Source: an uncultured Pseudomonadota bacterium
GTDB lineage: Bacteria > Myxococcota_A > Polyangia > Fen-1088
Length of the DNA stretch: 64,000 nucleotides
NCBI GenBank assembly: GCA_963847705.1
Contig: CAWKBC010000032.1
Coordinates: 288,001-352,000 of the forward strand
Reading direction: 5' to 3'
This document shows, one piece after another, positions 28,277 to 39,245 of the stretch (position 1 is the first letter of the stretch; each line of letters starts with the position of its first letter). Below the pieces are notes generated by a model, which worked only from the letters and a program-made list of their open reading frames with translations, was not told where the DNA came from and did not search any database. Position numbers and translations under genes: made by a program.

Positions 28277-29404
28277 ATGCGCTCCCCCGTCGTCTTCGCC
28301 GCCGCCGGCGGCTTTCTGGCCCTCGCGGCCCTGGCGCCGGCCACCGGCTGCGCCCGCCAATCCGTGCCGGCGCCCTCGCCCCTCGTCGAGCAGGGTCGCC
28401 AGAGCTACGCCAGGTACTGCGCCACCTGCCACGGTCCGGCTGCCAACGGCTACGTCGCTGACAACGCGCCGTCGCTGCGCACCGTCACCTTCCTCGAGTC
28501 CGCGTCGGACGCCTTCATCCGCGCCGGGATCAGCCGCGGGCGCCCCGGCACGGCGATGGCTGCGTTTGCCAGCCTCCTCGGCGGGCCGCTCGCTCCCCCG
28601 GAGGTCGACGCCATCATCGCCTTCCTGCGCGAGGGCGGGCCGGCCCTCCGCGCGCTGCCGGAGGGCCCGGTCATCGGCGACGTCAAGCGCGGCAAGGTGG
28701 TCTACGACGCCAACTGCGCGCGCTGCCACGGGACGCCGACCCAGCGGAGCAGCGCGGTCCACCTCGCCAACCCGGTCCTGCTCGCCACCGCCACCGACGC
28801 CTTCCTGCACTGGGCGGTCGAAAGGGGCCGGGCGCCGACGTCGATGGTCCCCTGGAAGGGGGCCCTCACCCCGGTGCAGATCGACGACGTGGTCGCCTTC
28901 GTGCGTTCGATGGCGGTGCCGCCGGCCGTCCCGGTGGTGCCGTCCCCGTCCGCCGTGGCGCAGCCGGCCGCGCCGCTGCCGCCGCGCCAGGGCCCGATCG
29001 TGCTCAACCCGAGGGGCAAGGCGCCGGAGTTCGTCCTCAAGGAGGATCTCTACGTCTCGATCGAGCAGGTGAAGAAGGCGCTCGACGCCAAGCGGCGGCT
29101 CATCATCGCGGATGCGCGCGCCCCTTCCGACTGGCTGAACCTGCACATCACCGGGGCGATCTCCACGCCCTACTACGACAAGCGGACCCTCGACGACATC
29201 CCCAACGACGGCACCTGGGTCCTCGCCTACTGCGCCTGTCCCCACCACGTGTCGGGCGAGGTCGTCGCCGAGCTGCGCAAGCGCGGCTACAAGCACACCG
29301 CCGTCATCGACGAGGGGGTCTTCGCCTGGCAGCAGGCGAAATATCCCGTCGTCACCGCGCCCGGCCTGCTGCCCGCGGCCGCGCCGCCGCCGCCGCACCA
29401 CTGA
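28277..29404 (+). CDS. Diheme cytochrome c-rhodanese fusion, probable lipoprotein
   Basis: LAPATG-C, CATCH and CARCH with downstream Met, then ADAR...HITGAIS...YCACPH...EGVFAW. Confidence 0.85.
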   Translation: MRSPVVFAAAGGFLALAALAPATGCARQSVPAPSPLVEQGRQSYARYCATCHGPAANGYVADNAPSLRTVTFLESASDAFIRAGISRGRPGTAMAAFASLLGGPLAPPEVDAIIAFLREGGPALRALPEGPVIGDVKRGKVVYDANCARCHGTPTQRSSAVHLANPVLLATATDAFLHWAVERGRAPTSMVPWKGALTPVQIDDVVAFVRSMAVPPAVPVVPSPSAVAQPAAPLPPRQGPIVLNPRGKAPEFVLKEDLYVSIEQVKKALDAKRRLIIADARAPSDWLNLHITGAISTPYYDKRTLDDIPNDGTWVLAYCACPHHVSGEVVAELRKRGYKHTAVIDEGVFAWQQAKYPVVTAPGLLPAAAPPPPHH

Positions 29405-29541
29405 GCGGGCGCGAGCGAAACGAACCCCGATCTCCGGATACCGGATCTGCGGAACCGCTTAACCGCAATCGAGCGAATCGGAAACCACACGTCGGTCCCG
29501 TTTGCGCCGAGACTGCCCTCAGTCGAGAAAGGGGCCTCCGC

Positions 29542-29958
29542 ATGACGACGAATCAGAAATCGCTGGTCAAGGAGACGTTCGCCAAGGTCGTGCCGATCGC
29601 GGACACCGCCGCGGCGCTGTTCTACGGCCGCTTGTTCGAGATGGATCCCTCGCTCCGGCCGCTGTTCAGGACCGACATTCGCGAGCAGGGAAAAAAGCTG
29701 ATGCAGATCCTTGGCTACTGCGTCGGCAAGCTCGATGACCTCGAAGAGCTGGTGCCGGCGGTCAAGGCGCTCGGGCGCAAACACGCGGGATACGGGGCCG
29801 AGGAGGAGGACTACGAAACGGTGGGGGGCGCGCTGCTCTGGACGCTGGAGCAGGGCCTCGGCGCCGCCTTCACGCCCGAGGTCAAGGCCGCCTGGACGGC
29901 GGTCTACGAGCTGCTCGCGGCCACGATGATCGAGGGGGCCAAGTCAGCGGCGGCCTGA
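29542..29958 (+). CDS. Single-domain globin (flavohemoglobin-type globin domain)
   Basis: FYGRLFEMDPSLRPLF, LGRKHAGYG, VGGALLWTL, AAWTAVY. Confidence 0.92.
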   Translation: MTTNQKSLVKETFAKVVPIADTAAALFYGRLFEMDPSLRPLFRTDIREQGKKLMQILGYCVGKLDDLEELVPAVKALGRKHAGYGAEEEDYETVGGALLWTLEQGLGAAFTPEVKAAWTAVYELLAATMIEGAKSAAA

Positions 29959-29985
29959 GTCCCGGCCGCGCGCCCGGACGGTCGG

Positions 29986-30527
29986 TCAGGCCCCCTGCTG
30001 CGGGTTGGCCCCGGCCCGGGCGATGCTCTCCAGGATGACGGTCTTCGCCTCGGCGGCGTCGCCCCATCCGATCAGCTTCACCCACTTGTTGTCCTCGAGA
30101 TCCTTGTAGTGCTCGAAGAAGTGCTGGATCTGCTTGACGGTGATCTCGGGGAGATTCTTGTAGTCGGAGACCTGGTCGTAACGGCGCGTGAGCCGCGAGA
30201 CCGGCACGGCGATCACCTTCTCGTCGACGCCGGCCTCGTCTTGCATGCGCAAGACGCCGATCGGGCGGACGGCGATGAGGGCGCCGGGGACGATGGCGCG
30301 CTGGCTGGCGATGAGCACGTCCAGCGGATCGCCGTCGCCCGACAGCGTGTGCGGGATGAACCCGTAGTTCCCCGGGTAGCGCATCGAGGTGTAGAGAAAG
30401 CGATCGACCACCAGCGTCCCGGCGTGCTTGTCCATCTCGTACTTGATCGGCTCGCCGCCCACCGGCACCTCGACGATCACGTTGACCTCGTTGGGGGGAT
30501 CGGCGCCCACGGAGATGTGTTCGATTC

Positions 30528-30531
<4 letters not shown>
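29986..30531 (-). CDS. ppa: Inorganic pyrophosphatase (family I)
   Basis: [41 protein letters not shown] start at 30531 overlaps the pgi stop (TTGA). Confidence 0.95.
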
Positions 30532-32159
<1,628 letters not shown>

Positions 32160-32291
32160 GTCGGTTCTCCTCGCGACCATACAATGTGAGACGCCCCTGC
32201 GGAACCGCCATCCGGCCATCGCCGACGCGAATCGGGTAACATTTTGATGACCCGCGGGGCCGGCAGCGACTGGTCTGTTAGAGTCGCCGGC

Positions 32292-32447
32292 ATGGCGATC
32301 ACCAAGGTCCCACCGAAATCAGTCCCCTGGCTGCTGGTGCTGTTCGGGATCCTGGGTCTCGCCGGGTTGGTCGGTCTCATGACCGACAACCACATCTGGC
32401 CGTTCAACCAGCGGGAAGAGGCTACGAAACCAGCCGGAGCCCGATGA
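32292..32447 (+). CDS. Small single-TM protein (51 aa)
   Basis: [29 protein letters not shown]..., host-like GC3, fills the pgi-sugE gap. Confidence 0.45.
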   Translation: MAITKVPPKSVPWLLVLFGILGLAGLVGLMTDNHIWPFNQREEATKPAGAR

Positions 32448-32757
32448 TCGACCCGATCAGCGTCGTCAGAAACAGGACTCGCCAGAACGTCGCCGGATCG
32501 CTGAACACCAGCATGCCGATCGCCGCCGTTCCGAAGGCCCCGATGCCGGTCCAGACGGCGTAGGCCGTTCCCAGCGACAGATCGCGTGTCGACACATTCA
32601 GGAAACCGAAGCTGAGCAGCGCGCAGGCCGCGAAGGCGAGGTTGTAGCTCCAGACCTGGAAGCCGTTCGACATCTTCATGAAGGTGGTGAATCCGATCTC
32701 GAAGACACCGGCGGCGACGAGATAGATCCAGGGGCTCAAGTGCGCGAGCAATCTCAC
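32422..32757 (-). CDS. sugE: SMR family exporter (SugE/Gdx-like)
   Basis: WIYLVAAGVFEIGF, LGTAYAVWTGIGA, four TMs. Confidence 0.85.
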   Translation of the reverse strand: MRLLAHLSPWIYLVAAGVFEIGFTTFMKMSNGFQVWSYNLAFAACALLSFGFLNVSTRDLSLGTAYAVWTGIGAFGTAAIGMLVFSDPATFWRVLFLTTLIGSIIGLRLVS

Positions 32758-32816
32758 TTGACCGCCATATCACGATCCCCGCCTCTGGTAGAGTGGGCCG
32801 GAGGAAAGTGAAAGCG

Positions 32817-33428
32817 ATGGCGAGAGCAATTGTGAGTGTCGGGTTGCTGCTGGCGCTGGGTGGCTGCGGATCGAGCAGCGGAACATCGGACGGCGGCAGC
32901 GGCGGAACTTCGGGCGTGGCCGGGCATGGCGGTGGCGGCGGCGGTGGAACGTCGGGCAACACCGACGGCGGCGCCACGACCTGCCCGGCGCTCGTGGAGA
33001 TCGGTGGCATCACCAGCACGGGGACGCTCAGCTGGAGGGACAACGGGACGCTCGAGTGCGGCGGGTCGGTCCTGGCCCAGCGCAACCCCGCCACGCTGGC
33101 CGACACCATCGAGATCGACGCCCCCTCGACCACGGCCCACGTCATCGACATCGCGTTGTCGAGCTACAACGGACCGCTCGGCGGGACCTACAGCTGCCAG
33201 ACGGGGAATGGATCGACCGCCCCCAACGTGATGCTCGAGGTGGCCGGCCTGAAGTCGGGCGGCTTCGCCGCGATGTCGGACTGCACGATCACCATCGCCT
33301 TCACCACGGACAGCGCGGGGACCGAGCACGCCAAGGGGACCTTCTCGGGCACGGTGACCGGCGACGGCGGCACCGACGTCATCACGGATGGGACCTTCGA
33401 CATCACGGTGACGATCCAGGGCGGCTGA
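32817..33428 (+). CDS. Lipoprotein with Gly-rich linker and beta-rich domain
   Basis: LLLALGG-C lipobox, G/S linker, KGTFSGT...ITDGTFD tail. Confidence 0.8.
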   Translation: MARAIVSVGLLLALGGCGSSSGTSDGGSGGTSGVAGHGGGGGGGTSGNTDGGATTCPALVEIGGITSTGTLSWRDNGTLECGGSVLAQRNPATLADTIEIDAPSTTAHVIDIALSSYNGPLGGTYSCQTGNGSTAPNVMLEVAGLKSGGFAAMSDCTITIAFTTDSAGTEHAKGTFSGTVTGDGGTDVITDGTFDITVTIQGG

Positions 33429-33447
33429 ACGCCCGCCGCGGTCGGAC

Positions 33448-34002
33448 ATGCATGCGCTCCTGACGGCCGCAGTGCTCGCGGCGGCTCTGCAATCCGAGGC
33501 CGTCGACGGACCCGTCGCCGGAACCCATGCCGAACCCATCGCCGACCCGGTCGAACGGCCGGTCGCCGTCGGTGACGCGGCCCCCAAGCTGGAGGCGGTG
33601 ACGCCGGACGGCGCTGCCGTCGCCGAGGACTGGTCGAAGGGCGACGTGGTGGTGGTCGCCTTCTTCGCCACCTGGTGCGGCCCCTGTCACCGGGCGCTGC
33701 GCGAGCTCGGCGCCATTCGCCAGACGCTGGGCCCGCGCCTCCGGTTCGTGCTGGTCGAGGCCGGTGACGACGCGGCGGCGATCAAGAGGTTCATCGCCGC
33801 CAACCCGCTGCCCGAGGGGGCCGTGGTGGTCACCGATCCGTCCGCCAGCCTCAGGCGGCGCTGGGGCTGCACCATCATCCCGAGCTTCTTCATCGTCGAC
33901 GGGACGAAGACCGTCCGCTACATCAACCACGGCTGGGGTGACAGCTCCGAGCCCCACTTCCTGCGCCGCCTGCACATCGTTCTCGGCGACGCCGTGCGGT
34001 GA
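33448..34002 (+). CDS. TlpA-like thioredoxin-fold disulfide reductase
   Basis: Signal peptide, FFATWCGPC, IPSFFIVD. Confidence 0.85.
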   Translation: MHALLTAAVLAAALQSEAVDGPVAGTHAEPIADPVERPVAVGDAAPKLEAVTPDGAAVAEDWSKGDVVVVAFFATWCGPCHRALRELGAIRQTLGPRLRFVLVEAGDDAAAIKRFIAANPLPEGAVVVTDPSASLRRRWGCTIIPSFFIVDGTKTVRYINHGWGDSSEPHFLRRLHIVLGDAVR

Positions 34003-34017
34003 CTGCCCGCCGGTGAA

Positions 34018-35019
34018 TCAGACCGCGTGCTGCAGGACGGCGCGGTAGCGGACCTTGCCGGCCTCCAGCCGCTCGCGGACCTCGTTGGCGCGCGCCAGGG
34101 GATAGAGCTCGATCTTCGGTTTGACCTTGCCGGCGGCGGCGAGGGTCAGCGTCTCGAACAGATCGGAGCGCTCGTCCTGCGAGCTGCCGCGGAGCTGGCG
34201 CTGTCCCCACATCAGGTGCATCGGATTGATCATCAGCGGCCCGTCCGGCACGCCCATGTTCACGAAGCGGCCTTGCGGACGCAGGCCGGCGAACGCCGCC
34301 GCGATCTGCTTGGCCGAGTTGGTCGTCGAGAGGATCACGTCCGCGCCCCCCGCGGCCTGCAGCGCCTTGCCGGGATCGTCGCCCGCCAGCAGCACCTCGT
34401 CGGCGCCGAAGCCCATCAGCTCCGCCTTCTTGTCGGCCTGCCCCGTGATCGCGAAGGTCTCGAGCCCGACGGCCTTGCTCAGCTGAAGCGCCATGTGCCC
34501 GAGCCCGCCCATCCCCAGGACCGCCACCCGCTCACCCGGCCTGGGATCGCCGTTGCGGAGGCCGCTCATGACGGTGTAGCCGCCGCAAAACAGCGGCGCC
34601 GCCACCTCGTACGAGAGCCCGTCGGGGATCAGCGCGCAGCCCGACGCCCAGGCCAGCATCAACTCCGAATTGGCGCCCCCGAGGTGCATCCAGCTCTGCG
34701 CGTTCGGACAGCGATCGGGCCGCCCCGCCTGACAGACGGCGCAGCGCCCGTCCCCCTTCTGATTCCAGAACACGCCGACGCGATCGCCGACCCTCAGATC
34801 CAGCACGCCGGCGCCGAGCTCGACGATCTCGCCGGCCGGCTCGTGCCCGAGGACGATCGGCGTCTTCGCGCCGAGGTGCCCGTGGTGCGCGTGCAGATCG
34901 GTCCCGCACATGCCGCTCGCGTGAATGCGAATCAACACCTGCCCCGGCGCGGGGCGCGGATCGGGCAGGGTCTGGAATTGCCAATCCTTGTTGAACTCGG
35001 TGAGAACGGCGGCTCGCAT
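34018..35019 (-). CDS. Zn-dependent alcohol dehydrogenase
   Basis: GMCGTDLH, GHEPAG, GMGGLG. Confidence 0.93.
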   Translation of the reverse strand: MRAAVLTEFNKDWQFQTLPDPRPAPGQVLIRIHASGMCGTDLHAHHGHLGAKTPIVLGHEPAGEIVELGAGVLDLRVGDRVGVFWNQKGDGRCAVCQAGRPDRCPNAQSWMHLGGANSELMLAWASGCALIPDGLSYEVAAPLFCGGYTVMSGLRNGDPRPGERVAVLGMGGLGHMALQLSKAVGLETFAITGQADKKAELMGFGADEVLLAGDDPGKALQAAGGADVILSTTNSAKQIAAAFAGLRPQGRFVNMGVPDGPLMINPMHLMWGQRQLRGSSQDERSDLFETLTLAAAGKVKPKIELYPLARANEVRERLEAGKVRYRAVLQHAV

Positions 35020-35105
35020 GGGTGTCTCCTTCGCGGTGCCGCAAGCCTAGGCGACGGGCGGCGTCGCGGCACGCGCCCATCGGACACCCGCGCTTCCCCG
35101 CGCCG

Positions 35106-35594
35106 TCAGGGCTTGGCGGCTTCGAGCTTGTGACAGTTGGCGCACCCGAAGGCCCCCTTCACCGGGTTCTTGGGATCGAAGACGGGGAGATCGAGCAGCT
35201 TGCCCATCGCGGGCTCCACCTTCTGCGCCATGAACTCCGTCCACCTGGGCCAGGTCGGCTCCGCCTTCATCTTGGCCTGAAAGGCCTCCGGCGTGTTCGG
35301 CAGCGGGTGGATGTCATTGCTCGGCATCTTGAACTTGCGGTCGGCGCCGTCCCGGCCGTGGCAGGTGACGCAGGTGAAGGTCTTGAACTCCTTGGCGTCG
35401 AACGCCTGGAAGATCGGCTTCATCGTCGGGGTGACGGAGACCTTCATGTAGGCCTTCTTCTGCTCGAAGGTCATGTCCTTCCAGGCGACCTCGGGCGGGC
35501 CGACGGTCTTTCCCGAGGCCAGACGAACGCCTGAAGGAATCAAGAGCAGCGCGAGGGTCGCGGTCACCGTGAAAGCCAATGAGCGTCGATGCAT
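35106..35594 (-). CDS. Small exported diheme c-type cytochrome
   Basis: Signal peptide, CVTCH and C-terminal CANCH. Confidence 0.8.
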   Translation of the reverse strand: MHRRSLAFTVTATLALLLIPSGVRLASGKTVGPPEVAWKDMTFEQKKAYMKVSVTPTMKPIFQAFDAKEFKTFTCVTCHGRDGADRKFKMPSNDIHPLPNTPEAFQAKMKAEPTWPRWTEFMAQKVEPAMGKLLDLPVFDPKNPVKGAFGCANCHKLEAAKP

Positions 35595-35731
35595 CCCGCA
35601 TCGATGCCTCGTTCTGGCTGAGGTTACAAATATTTCATCGCCGGCCGCTGACGATTTGCCAGGCGCCCGCGCGGGACGGGAACTTGGTACCATGGCCAGT
35701 TCGCTGGGCGTTGCGGGGCCGTGAGTCCGCC

Positions 35732-36889
35732 ATGATCGATCCCGAAGAGGCGTATTCAGATCTGCCCGAGGGCAGCGCCGTTTGCGGTGTTTGCCAGGGG
35801 CCGTTGCCGGCCACGCGCTATGCCCACGTCGACGCCCGATCGGTGGTGGTCCTCTGCTCGGCGGCCTGCCTTCGCGAGCTCACGCGCGCGCGCCGCCACC
35901 TGCGGTGGGCCGAGCAGCGACGGCGCACGGCCCGAGCCGCCCGGGTCGTCATCCTCGGCAGCGTCTTCCTGACGCCGCACGGTGGACCGCCCGGCCACTG
36001 GCGGCTCGCCCACGCTGGGCCCGCGCCCCTGCCTGCGCCGCGACCCCTCGGTCCCCCGCCATTGCCTCCGGGGTGGTTCGGTCCCGAGTGGCCACCGACG
36101 GAGACCAGCTTCCTGGCGTCGCTGGGGCAGGACGCCTGGATTCATCCGCTGTCGGGGCCGGTGCGGCGCATGCCGCGCGCCGATTCGCGGGTGTTCGGCG
36201 CGGTGCGGCCCGGCGCGCGTCCGGCGGAGTGCCGCAATGGCCACTGCGGCGTCGACCTGGGCGGCGAGATCTGGGGCGAGCAGGTCCACGCCGTCCACGA
36301 AGGCGTGGTCGACTTCGTGCAGAGAAACGCCAACCCGGATCGCGGCGGCGAGTTCGTCCGCCTGTCGCACCGGGACGGCACGGTGTTCACGTGGTACTTC
36401 CACCTGGCGGCGATCCCGAACGGTCTCGAACGGGGCGTGCAGGTCAAGAGCGGCGACGTCATCGGCCTGCTCGGCGACACCGGCGTGAAGGAGTCGGCGC
36501 CGCACCTGCACTTCGCCATCTCGGTGCGGCCGTGGAAGGACGGGCCGGAGCGCTACCTCGATCCGGAGCCGCTCATCGCGCTGTGGCCGGTGCGCGTCCC
36601 CGTCGACGGCGGCGAGGCGGGCCTGGTCACCACGCTGGCCCGGCCAGGGATGCCGCTCGGCTCGGCGCCCCTGCTCTCGGCGACCGCGCAGAAGCGCAAG
36701 GCGGCGAAGCTCGCCAAGCTGAAAGGGGGCGGGCCCGGCGGCTCTCATGTGGCCGGCGCGGCCGCCGACGACGGCGCCGCCGGCGACGTGGGCGAATCGT
36801 CGGACGAGGCGAGCGGCGCCGGCGACGCGGCGCCGGCGCCGGCCGACCGCGGGGCCGAGACCACGCCCCCGGACACGGGGGACGAGTAA
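35732..36889 (+). CDS. M23 (LytM) metallopeptidase with N-terminal Cys4 motif and TM
   Basis: CGVC...CSAAC, basic stretch, hydrophobic segment, HCGVD and HLH zinc motifs, acidic tail. Confidence 0.85.
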   Translation: MIDPEEAYSDLPEGSAVCGVCQGPLPATRYAHVDARSVVVLCSAACLRELTRARRHLRWAEQRRRTARAARVVILGSVFLTPHGGPPGHWRLAHAGPAPLPAPRPLGPPPLPPGWFGPEWPPTETSFLASLGQDAWIHPLSGPVRRMPRADSRVFGAVRPGARPAECRNGHCGVDLGGEIWGEQVHAVHEGVVDFVQRNANPDRGGEFVRLSHRDGTVFTWYFHLAAIPNGLERGVQVKSGDVIGLLGDTGVKESAPHLHFAISVRPWKDGPERYLDPEPLIALWPVRVPVDGGEAGLVTTLARPGMPLGSAPLLSATAQKRKAAKLAKLKGGGPGGSHVAGAAADDGAAGDVGESSDEASGAGDAAPAPADRGAETTPPDTGDE

Positions 36890-36892
36890 GCG

Positions 36893-37867
36893 ATGGCCAC
36901 GCTCGTCTGTGTCGTGTGCAAGACCGAGCTCGGCGACGGTCAGGGCGCCAGCGACGGCAGCGGCGCCGTTCATGCCGCCGGCGACGGCAGCCGCGACGGC
37001 GAACGTTTCGTCCTGCTCCGCGGCCGGCGCGAGGAGGTGCACTGCTCGCAGGTCTGTCTGGTGGCGAACGTGGAGCGGCGCCGGCTCGCCCGCGCCGCCG
37101 TGCGCCGGCGCTGGCTGCTGCGCGCGACCGCGGTCGCGGTGATCGTCGTCGGCGCGCCGAAGCTCTGGCACCGGGTGCGCCTGCCCCAGCCGCAGTCGAT
37201 CTCCTTCGACCCGCCGGAGTACCGACCGCCCCGGGAGCCGCGTCCCGAGCCCCCCATGTTCGGCCCGGCCTGGCCCCCCACCGACGAGGACTGGCAGACG
37301 GCCTTCGCCCACACCACCTGGGCCTACCCCCTGCCCGGCCCGGCGCGCCGCGCGCCCGCCGCCGACGCCCGCATCCTCACCACCCGCCCCTCCGCGAACC
37401 GCCCCGGCCCCGTCTGTCGCGCCCCCGACAAGTGCGGCGTCGATCTGGGCGGCGAGCTGTGGGGCGAGCACGTCTATGCCGCGCACGACGGCGTCGTCGA
37501 TCGCGTCCAGCACCTCGCCGGCGACGAGCGCGGCGACGTCTACGTCCGCCTGGCCCACTTCGGCGGCATGGTCTTCACCCACTACGATCACCTGGCGGCC
37601 GTCCCGCGCCGCATCGTGCGTGGCGCCCCCGTCAAAGCCGGCGATCTCATCGGCCTGGTGGGCGACACCGGCAACGAGCACCCCGGCCGCTACCTCCACT
37701 TCGCGCTCTCCGTGCACCCCGCGAGCGAGCTCCCGGAGGTCTACTGGGACCCAACCACCTTGATGACCGCGTGGCCGCTGCGGGTGCCGCCGCACGGGAC
37801 GGTCGCGGGATTCGTGCCGTCGCAGAGCGACCTCACCCTGCCGGCATTTCACAGGCGCGCGCGCTGA
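36893..37867 (+). CDS. Degenerate M23 (LytM) protein, paralogue of the upstream gene
   Basis: CVVC...CSQVC, TM, FGPAWPPT. KCGVD and YLH replace HxxxD and HxH. Confidence 0.85.
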   Translation: MATLVCVVCKTELGDGQGASDGSGAVHAAGDGSRDGERFVLLRGRREEVHCSQVCLVANVERRRLARAAVRRRWLLRATAVAVIVVGAPKLWHRVRLPQPQSISFDPPEYRPPREPRPEPPMFGPAWPPTDEDWQTAFAHTTWAYPLPGPARRAPAADARILTTRPSANRPGPVCRAPDKCGVDLGGELWGEHVYAAHDGVVDRVQHLAGDERGDVYVRLAHFGGMVFTHYDHLAAVPRRIVRGAPVKAGDLIGLVGDTGNEHPGRYLHFALSVHPASELPEVYWDPTTLMTAWPLRVPPHGTVAGFVPSQSDLTLPAFHRRAR

Positions 37868-38010
37868 GCAGGGTTGGTGTCGTCCGACGAATCCACCGAT
37901 CGACATCTGCATCTGCACGATCAGTTTGCGCCTCGTTTCGCACATCCAAGACGCGCCACGGGCCTGTCAAAGCTCGCGCCATGGCATCCGGGAGGTCATG
38001 CTGAGCCCCG

Positions 38011-39021
38011 ATGACGGCACTGTACCGGGCGATGATGGTGACGAAGGCCGGCGGCCCGGAGGCGCTCACCTGCATCGAGCAGCAAGTCGAAGAACCGCGC
38101 GCGGGCCAGCTGCGCGTGCGCGTGCATGCGGCCGGCGTCGGCTCGACCGACCTGATGCTCCTGGCCGGCAAGTACCGCTACGTCCCCAAGATCCCCGTCG
38201 TCCCGGGCTACGAGATCGCGGGCGTCGTCGACGCCATCGGCCCCGGCGTCACCGGCTTCACCCTGGGCCAGCGGGTCGCCGCCCTCACCGTCTACGGCGG
38301 CTTCGCCGAGCTGGTCGTGCGCGAGGCCGAGCACTTCCTGCCCATCCCCGACGGCGTCTCCGACGTCCAGGCGGCGGGCGCGATCCTGAACTACGTCACC
38401 GCCTGGCAGATGATCCACCGCGTGGCGAAGGTGAAGTCCGGCCAGACCGCGCTGGTCACCGGCGCCGCGGGTGGCGTCGGCACCGCGGCGCTGCAGATTT
38501 TGCGGCTCGCGGGCGTCAAGACGTACGGCGCCGCCTCGGCGAAGAAGCACGAGACGGTGAGCAAGCTGGGCGCGATCCCGATCGACTACCGCGCGGGGCG
38601 CCTCGATCGCCTGGTGCGCGAGCTGGAACCGCGCGGCGTCGACTGCACGTTCGATGCGGTCGGCGGCGCCAACATCGGGCTCTGCATCCGCGCGACGAGG
38701 ACCGGCGGCACGGTCGTCGGCTACGGCTTCATGGGCGTCAAGGGAACGGCCGCGACGCTGCTGATGTTCGGGAACCTGTTGGTTGGCGCGCGGCTGCGCA
38801 GACGGCGCGGCGCGTTCTACGGGATCACGATGCTGTACCGGAAGAACCCGAAGCCCCTGCGCGAAGACCTGCCGAAGATCTTTGCGCTCATCGCCGAGAA
38901 GAAGCTGGAGCCGGTCGTGAGTGCGACGTTGCCGCTCGGTGAGGCGCGGCGGGCGATGGAGATGCTGGCTGAGGGGACGGTTGAGGGGAAGATAGTGCTC
39001 ACGCCTCTGGCGTCCGGCTAG
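38011..39021 (+). CDS. MDR-family NAD(P)H quinone-oxidoreductase-like protein
   Basis: GGPEAL, VPGYEIAG, GAAGGVG, GKIVL. Confidence 0.9.
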   Translation: MTALYRAMMVTKAGGPEALTCIEQQVEEPRAGQLRVRVHAAGVGSTDLMLLAGKYRYVPKIPVVPGYEIAGVVDAIGPGVTGFTLGQRVAALTVYGGFAELVVREAEHFLPIPDGVSDVQAAGAILNYVTAWQMIHRVAKVKSGQTALVTGAAGGVGTAALQILRLAGVKTYGAASAKKHETVSKLGAIPIDYRAGRLDRLVRELEPRGVDCTFDAVGGANIGLCIRATRTGGTVVGYGFMGVKGTAATLLMFGNLLVGARLRRRRGAFYGITMLYRKNPKPLREDLPKIFALIAEKKLEPVVSATLPLGEARRAMEMLAEGTVEGKIVLTPLASG

Positions 39022-39245
39022 CCAAGCCGGAAGAATCACGAGCCAATCGCGCTCGAGGGGCTTCAGAAGCGCTGGCCTGAGATCGTGATCTTCTGTCCGA
39101 CGGAAACCTGACCGCCGACCCTCGGATCTGGATTCGTCACAACGGCGGTGCCGAGGGTCGTACCCTGCGAGTTTGGCGCACCAGCAATGCGAGATGGACG
39201 ACAATGGGCTCCCGACACGACGACCGGCGTATAACGGCGCCCAGA

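Noticed and set aside
32758-32830. Guanidine riboswitch upstream of sugE
   Set aside because: Short divergent gap with no paired ACGR hairpins or ykkC-like structure visible.
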